DNA of 64,000 bases, taken from positions 54 to 64,053 of the forward strand of contig JAFWYJ010000062.1 in NCBI GenBank assembly GCA_017517745.1, read 5' to 3'. Both the position numbers and the translations under genes were made by a program. Under the pieces are notes generated by a model that saw only the letters and a program-made list of their open reading frames with translations, ran no database searches and was not told where the DNA came from. The DNA comes from Clostridia bacterium. Lineage in GTDB: Bacteria > Bacillota > Clostridia > Oscillospirales > CAG-272. Below are positions 57,596-64,000 of the stretch, in pieces (within the stretch, counting starts at the first letter, position 1; each line of letters begins with the position of its first letter).

Positions 57596-57797
57596 CCCAT
57601 TCTCCTTTCCTTCACAAAGATCTCTCTGCGCAAAAACGCATCTTGATTCAGTTTATGCAAATGAAAGCAAAAACGTGACACAAAGGGCTTTACAAAAACA
57701 TGGTTTTATGGTATAATAAAAGCAATTCATGCGTTGCATTATGATATAATAAATAAAACGCTTTCCCGGAAAATCCGATGAAAGGAGGAACGTCGCA

Positions 57798-58394
57798 TTG
57801 AAAATTCCGAAAAAAAACCGCGACCTGACACGCTGTGTCCGCCGCCGTGATCTTTTGCGCTTGATTGGCTTTTTGCTTTGGGTTGCTCTTCTGGTCTGCG
57901 GCGCGCTCTTTTACAATCACGAGCACCAGACCTATCCCGATTACCGCCGCATGGTGGGCTGGCGCATGGCGGTTTGGGTTATTGCGGCACTCTTCTCGGG
58001 CGTTCTGATCTTTCGCATTTGGAAATTCTTTACCGATCACAGCTTTTCGGGAACCATCGTCGACACCGGGATCTCGCGCTCGTGGGGAGCATCCGACGAT
58101 CCGGGCGGTGCCGCAAACTATGATTTTCGACTCAAAACCAGCCTGAAGGTGCGCACCGAAAAAGGAGATCTCTGCCACATCCGCTTTGAGCAAAAGCCGG
58201 GATTCTACCTCTATTATCACGAGGGAAACCGCATCACGCATTTTCGCGGACTTCCCTATCCCATCAACACCGATCCCACCGCATCCAACGGCTACGTCTG
58301 CGCCGTTTGCGGCCACCATTCCAAGGACTACACCGACATCTGTCCCACCTGCCGACACACGCTGATTGATCCCGCAGAGCTGGGAAAAAATTGA
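57798..58394 (+). CDS. Hypothetical 2-TM protein with C-terminal zinc ribbon
   Basis: AAAGGAGG RBS, TTG start, two TM segments, CAVCG...CPTC. Confidence 0.72.
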   Translation: MKIPKKNRDLTRCVRRRDLLRLIGFLLWVALLVCGALFYNHEHQTYPDYRRMVGWRMAVWVIAALFSGVLIFRIWKFFTDHSFSGTIVDTGISRSWGASDDPGGAANYDFRLKTSLKVRTEKGDLCHIRFEQKPGFYLYYHEGNRITHFRGLPYPINTDPTASNGYVCAVCGHHSKDYTDICPTCRHTLIDPAELGKN

Positions 58395-58420
58395 AACCGT
58401 TTTGAAAAAAAGCAATTTTT

Positions 58421-58453
58421 ACGGGGGAACTTTCTTGAGAAAAGTTCCCCCGT
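58421..58453. repeat. Stand-alone hairpin of the G-run/CTTT..AAAG/C-run family
   Basis: ACGGGGGAACTTT-CTTGAGA-AAAGTTCCCCCGT. Confidence 0.65.
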
Positions 58454-58778
58454 CCTCTTTCAAACCGATCGTTTCGCGTGAAAAAGCAGAAATTTGATCT
58501 GTCTGTTCACCCATTTCCTCGCGCAGTACCGGATCCAAGAAGAACGATCGGTGCTTGGTTCTGTTTGTCAAAACATTACGAAAGACGGATCAAGAGTCCC
58601 CGGCGCAAAAACCGCCACAAAACCGCAATCCCCGCAATCTGTCAAAATCCCCAAAAAAGCGAATTCAAATTTGTGAAAAATCGTTCGTTCTTCTTCTTTT
58701 ACAAAGGGTGAAAAATGTGTTATAATATATTGTTAAGATAAAAAACGTAAAGAAATTTGAAAAACGGGAGAAAAAACA

Positions 58779-60623
<1,845 letters not shown>

Positions 60624-60630
60624 GACGCGA

Positions 60631-61175
60631 TTGTGGGACGCGTTTTGTGGGGGTGCTTTTTGAAAAAAGCCACCCCCACACCCCCGCAAAAACTTTTTGG
60701 GTAAGGGGAAAAAGGAAACCCTTTATCTGTACGCTCCGAATGAGCATTCGCTCCCGCTGCCGTTTTGGGACCACTAACCCAAAACGGCTTTTTATGTTGT
60801 TTGGATTTGGTTTTTGTGTTTCAAATTTTGATTTGTCGCACACTTTGTTCGCACAAGCCTTGTAGGGGCGATTCATGAATCGCCCCTACGTTGTTTCGTT
60901 CATTTGTTCGTTGAAATGAGACACCGATAAATCCCGATTTTGCATCCCCATCCGTGGGCAAAACAAAAATAAAAGCTGTTTTGGGTGGTGGTACCAAAAC
61001 AGCCGCGGGAGCGATTGAAAGGGTGACGCGCACAGATAAACAATTACATTGATACCCATGCAATAAAAGTTTTTGAAGAGTCCAGAGAAACTTTTTTCAA
61101 AAAGTTTCTCTGGTCGCCGAAGGCAAAAAGAGGGTGTGGGGGAGCTTTTCTCAAAAAGCTTCCCCACAAAAAACG
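60631..61175. repeat. ~550-bp nested palindromic element, copy 2
   Basis: Same ends and core as 48332-48877; GTAG palindrome at 60862-60889; central ~150 bp nearly identical to copy 1. Confidence 0.88.
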
Positions 61176-61185
61176 AACGTCAAAA

Positions 61186-62601
61186 TCACTTCAAAGCCGT
61201 CCGCAATCCTTTCGGATAATAATTCTTCAAACGGCCGCTGACAGCCTTTCCGCCGCCGAGTGTGACGGCGCAATCTCCGACGCGAAGCAAGACCGCCGTG
61301 TAGCCCGAAAGAGCGGGAGCGACGTCGATCTCCTCGCCTGCGAGATAGCGTGCTATGGCGGCATCATCGGGTGAAAAGAGAGCTTTCGCGTGCAAATCGT
61401 TTCCGTAAGCCGTGAAAAAATGGTGATGCGGAACCACCCGGCCTTTGCGGATCTCACCCAACGTGACACCGAGAGAGACCACGCCGAATGGCGGAATCGA
61501 AAACGCAACCGACTCGCGAATCGGCAGGTGTACGGCGTTTCCGCCGCACAACAGCAAGCCCTCCGCGGACTTTCCCGCACATTCCTTCAACAAGGACTCT
61601 ACCGCCGAGCGATCGGCTTTTCCGAGAAGCACTGCCGCATCTTTGAGCGCAGTACGCTTTTTCGGCGCATCGCCCACTCTTTGCAAAAGTGCCACAAACT
61701 GCCCCTCTCCGGGAGAGACGTGCGGATAAAAGCGGCGGCAAAGGGCGTGATCGGGGAGCGGATTCTTCGAGGCTTCTACCCCCGGTGCAGTACGTGCAAC
61801 GACAGCCTCACTGCAAGCACACAGACGAAAATCGGGATGCCGTGAGAGAAATGCCGCGACGCTCTCCTCGTTTTCTTCCATGGAATACGTACAGGTGGAA
61901 TACAGCAGATAGCCCCCCGACGCCACACAGACTTCAGCGTTGTCCAAAATCTCTTTTTGACGCACGGCGCACATTGCGACGTTCTGGGGACTCCATTCCA
62001 AGATCGCTTGTTCGTTCTTGCGATACATCCCCTCGCCCGAGCAAGGCGCATCGACAACCACCAGGTCAAAATAGGCAGGATACCATTCGGCAAGATATTT
62101 GCTGTCCAGATTCGTCACACAGACGTTGGAAAGCCCCATGCGCTCGACGTTACCAGCAAGAATACGGCTGCGCGAGGCGTTGTATTCATTGGCAAGCACA
62201 AAGCCGCCACGATCGGCGGAAAGAGCCGCAAGTTGGGTGGTCTTTCCTCCCGGTGCAGCGCAAAGATCCAGAATCCGCAAGCCGTTCCTTTCCCAAAGTG
62301 CCTCCGGCAGAGCCGCCACCGTCGCCATCGCGCCGGGATCCTGCAAATAATAGACTCCCGCGTGATGGTAGGGGTGCTTGCCTGCTTGCGCTTCCTCGGA
62401 AACGATAAATCCGTCCGACGTATAAGACAGAGGCGTCAACGAAAAGGGGGCATTCTCCAAAAAGCACGCCGCGTCGAGCTTGTGACGGTTGACGCGCAAG
62501 CCCTTGACCGCCCGCTCCCCGCACAGCGCATCATAAAACGCGCCGTATTCCGCGCCGAGCAATTCTTTCATTCGGTTTTCAAATGCGATTGGCAGTTGCA
62601 T
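61186..62601 (-). CDS. RsmF/RsmB-NOP2 family rRNA m5C methyltransferase
   Basis: HHAGVYYLQDP, LDLCAAPGGKT, VDAPCSGEGM, YSTCT...EENE, RFYPH...GEG.F, KNYYPKGLR. Confidence 0.9.
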   Translation of the reverse strand: MQLPIAFENRMKELLGAEYGAFYDALCGERAVKGLRVNRHKLDAACFLENAPFSLTPLSYTSDGFIVSEEAQAGKHPYHHAGVYYLQDPGAMATVAALPEALWERNGLRILDLCAAPGGKTTQLAALSADRGGFVLANEYNASRSRILAGNVERMGLSNVCVTNLDSKYLAEWYPAYFDLVVVDAPCSGEGMYRKNEQAILEWSPQNVAMCAVRQKEILDNAEVCVASGGYLLYSTCTYSMEENEESVAAFLSRHPDFRLCACSEAVVARTAPGVEASKNPLPDHALCRRFYPHVSPGEGQFVALLQRVGDAPKKRTALKDAAVLLGKADRSAVESLLKECAGKSAEGLLLCGGNAVHLPIRESVAFSIPPFGVVSLGVTLGEIRKGRVVPHHHFFTAYGNDLHAKALFSPDDAAIARYLAGEEIDVAPALSGYTAVLLRVGDCAVTLGGGKAVSGRLKNYYPKGLRTALK

Positions 62602-62634
62602 AGATACCCTCTCTTTAAAACCATTCGGTATTTT

Positions 62635-63651
62635 TCACACGCGCACATGCTCCACTTCAAAGCACTTCCCCTGCAAGCGGATCAGTGTGCCACCAAGCAT
62701 CTCCGGGTCATGAAAATCGTAACACCCCGTCTTCGTTCCAAATACCCAGCGAATCCCTTGATAGACGATACAAGTGTTGATCAGATGATGATGCCCGACA
62801 AAAACAGCCTCCACACGGCACTCCTTCAAAAAATGCAAAAAGCTTTCATCGGTCTCAATGGGCGCAAGCTTTTGCTTTTTGGAACCAAAATCGCCATCCT
62901 TGGCACACACGTCGCGTCCGATGGCATAAAATTCGGTTTCGCGCGAATATCCCTTCTCGATCTCCGCCCGTTCAAATTCACTCGTGGGAAAATGAAACGC
63001 CATGAAAGCGGGAATGGGTTCGCCCTGCACCCGCGCGATGCGCTCCGAGATCTCCTCAATGCGCGCGATCTGATCGGGATAAATTCCTTTTTCACGAATC
63101 ACCTCGGGATCGACGCTGTGCTTGCAACCGTTGGAATCGGTCATGTGCAACACGCGAAGAAGGCGATCCCCCACGGCAACGCCGACCGAATAGTTTCCGT
63201 TTCCCGAAACACGGCCGCGCCGAAACAAACAATATTCACTCTCCTCCAAACGGCGGCATTGCCATGCAACGCCCCGGAAGGACTCGTTGTCATGGTTTCC
63301 AAACACGGGCGCCCACGGAATCGCGAAGGAATCCATCAATTCGCAAAATCGGTGAAGCGTCGTGCCTTTGTCATCAAAGGATCCGTAGATCAGGTCTCCC
63401 GTGATAAAAATCAGATCCGGCTTGACTCGTTCCACAAGCGCGCGAATCTGATCGGCACACTGCAGATCAAACTTCTCGGGAAGCCATTCTTCAACCTCCC
63501 GCATGCTCAACCGTTCCGGCGTCCTTCTTTGGGTGGAATCGATGAATTGCATATCGGTCAGCTGCAAAAGCCGAATTTCTCGTGCCTCTTCCAATTGTAA
63601 AACAAAATCACAGCCGTCAAAGCAACCGCGACAATCGCGCATCAGATTCAT
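62635..63651 (-). CDS. Calcineurin-like metallophosphoesterase
   Basis: LQLTD.Q, ITGDL, VFGNHD, G.GNY, FH.P, FVGH.H.IN; start placed at MNLMRD after an AAAGGA RBS. Confidence 0.8.
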   Translation of the reverse strand: MNLMRDCRGCFDGCDFVLQLEEAREIRLLQLTDMQFIDSTQRRTPERLSMREVEEWLPEKFDLQCADQIRALVERVKPDLIFITGDLIYGSFDDKGTTLHRFCELMDSFAIPWAPVFGNHDNESFRGVAWQCRRLEESEYCLFRRGRVSGNGNYSVGVAVGDRLLRVLHMTDSNGCKHSVDPEVIREKGIYPDQIARIEEISERIARVQGEPIPAFMAFHFPTSEFERAEIEKGYSRETEFYAIGRDVCAKDGDFGSKKQKLAPIETDESFLHFLKECRVEAVFVGHHHLINTCIVYQGIRWVFGTKTGCYDFHDPEMLGGTLIRLQGKCFEVEHVRV

Positions 63652-63731
63652 TTCACAGATTCCTTTCTTTGCAGGTTCATTTTTCCGCATCAAGCGCCAA
63701 CGTCGGATTGCGCCACGCCTCATCGGTACGA

Positions 63732-64000
63732 ATATGCTTGATTCGTAGAAATCGTCGTAGGCAAGGCGTAAGGGTGCGAGCGAGAGGAAGCCGTAGTTAC
63801 CTACGGCAAGCCGCTTTCGAGGAGCAACGCCGTATGATTGGACAAATCTCATTGATACAGATATGCTGATTCGTAGAAATCGTCGTAGGCAAGGCGTAAG
63901 GGTGCGAGCGAGAGGAAGCCGTAGTTACCTACGGCAAGCCACTTTCGAGGAGCAACGCCGTATGATTGGACAAATCTCATTGGTACAGATATGCTGATTC
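63732..64000. repeat. 128-bp tandem repeat array (at least 2 full units, truncated by the window edge)
   Basis: GATTC unit starts at 63740, 63868 and 63996; two substitutions seen between full units. Confidence 0.93.

Noticed and set aside
63652-63852. 67-aa N-terminal extension of the phosphoesterase
   Set aside because: It reads through the tandem repeat by chance; a better RBS and start exist at 63651.
63732-64000. CRISPR array
   Set aside because: Units are 128 bp and nearly identical throughout, with no unique spacers and no cas genes in the window.

Overview
Chromosomal segment of a moderately GC-rich, probably spore-forming Clostridia-like Firmicute (inferred from the SAM-I riboswitch on metK, spoVG, recD2, sigma-A promoters and the DUF5696-type sugar ABC cluster). 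Most of the window is housekeeping or metabolic: tRNA-Asp/Val/Gln, pepD, an mreB-family gene, comF, recD2, metK, a cation:proton antiporter, a YhaO/YhaN-like nuclease-ATPase pair, a ~14 kb four-permease carbohydrate ABC cluster beside AraC and a DUF2961/GH172 hydrolase, a two-gene SufC/SufB-like pair, an RlmI-like methyltransferase, a GT2-rmlD-wzm-wzt cluster, murC, a heterodimeric ABC exporter, an acyl-CoA ligase, typA and an RsmF-like methyltransferase. The unusual signal is non-coding. (1) At the tRNA-Gln 3' end, three AT-rich genes are each bounded on the right by a conserved-end, variable-middle hairpin site, and a module that mirrors the tRNA 3' end occurs twice. This resembles a tRNA-anchored cassette array, with no integrase in the window. 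(2) Two ~550-bp nested giant palindromes with a GTAG-REP core fill convergent intergenic gaps. (3) A 128-bp tandem array of rod-like hairpins runs off the right edge. All calls come from reading the sequence and recognising motifs; no searches or folding programs were run.
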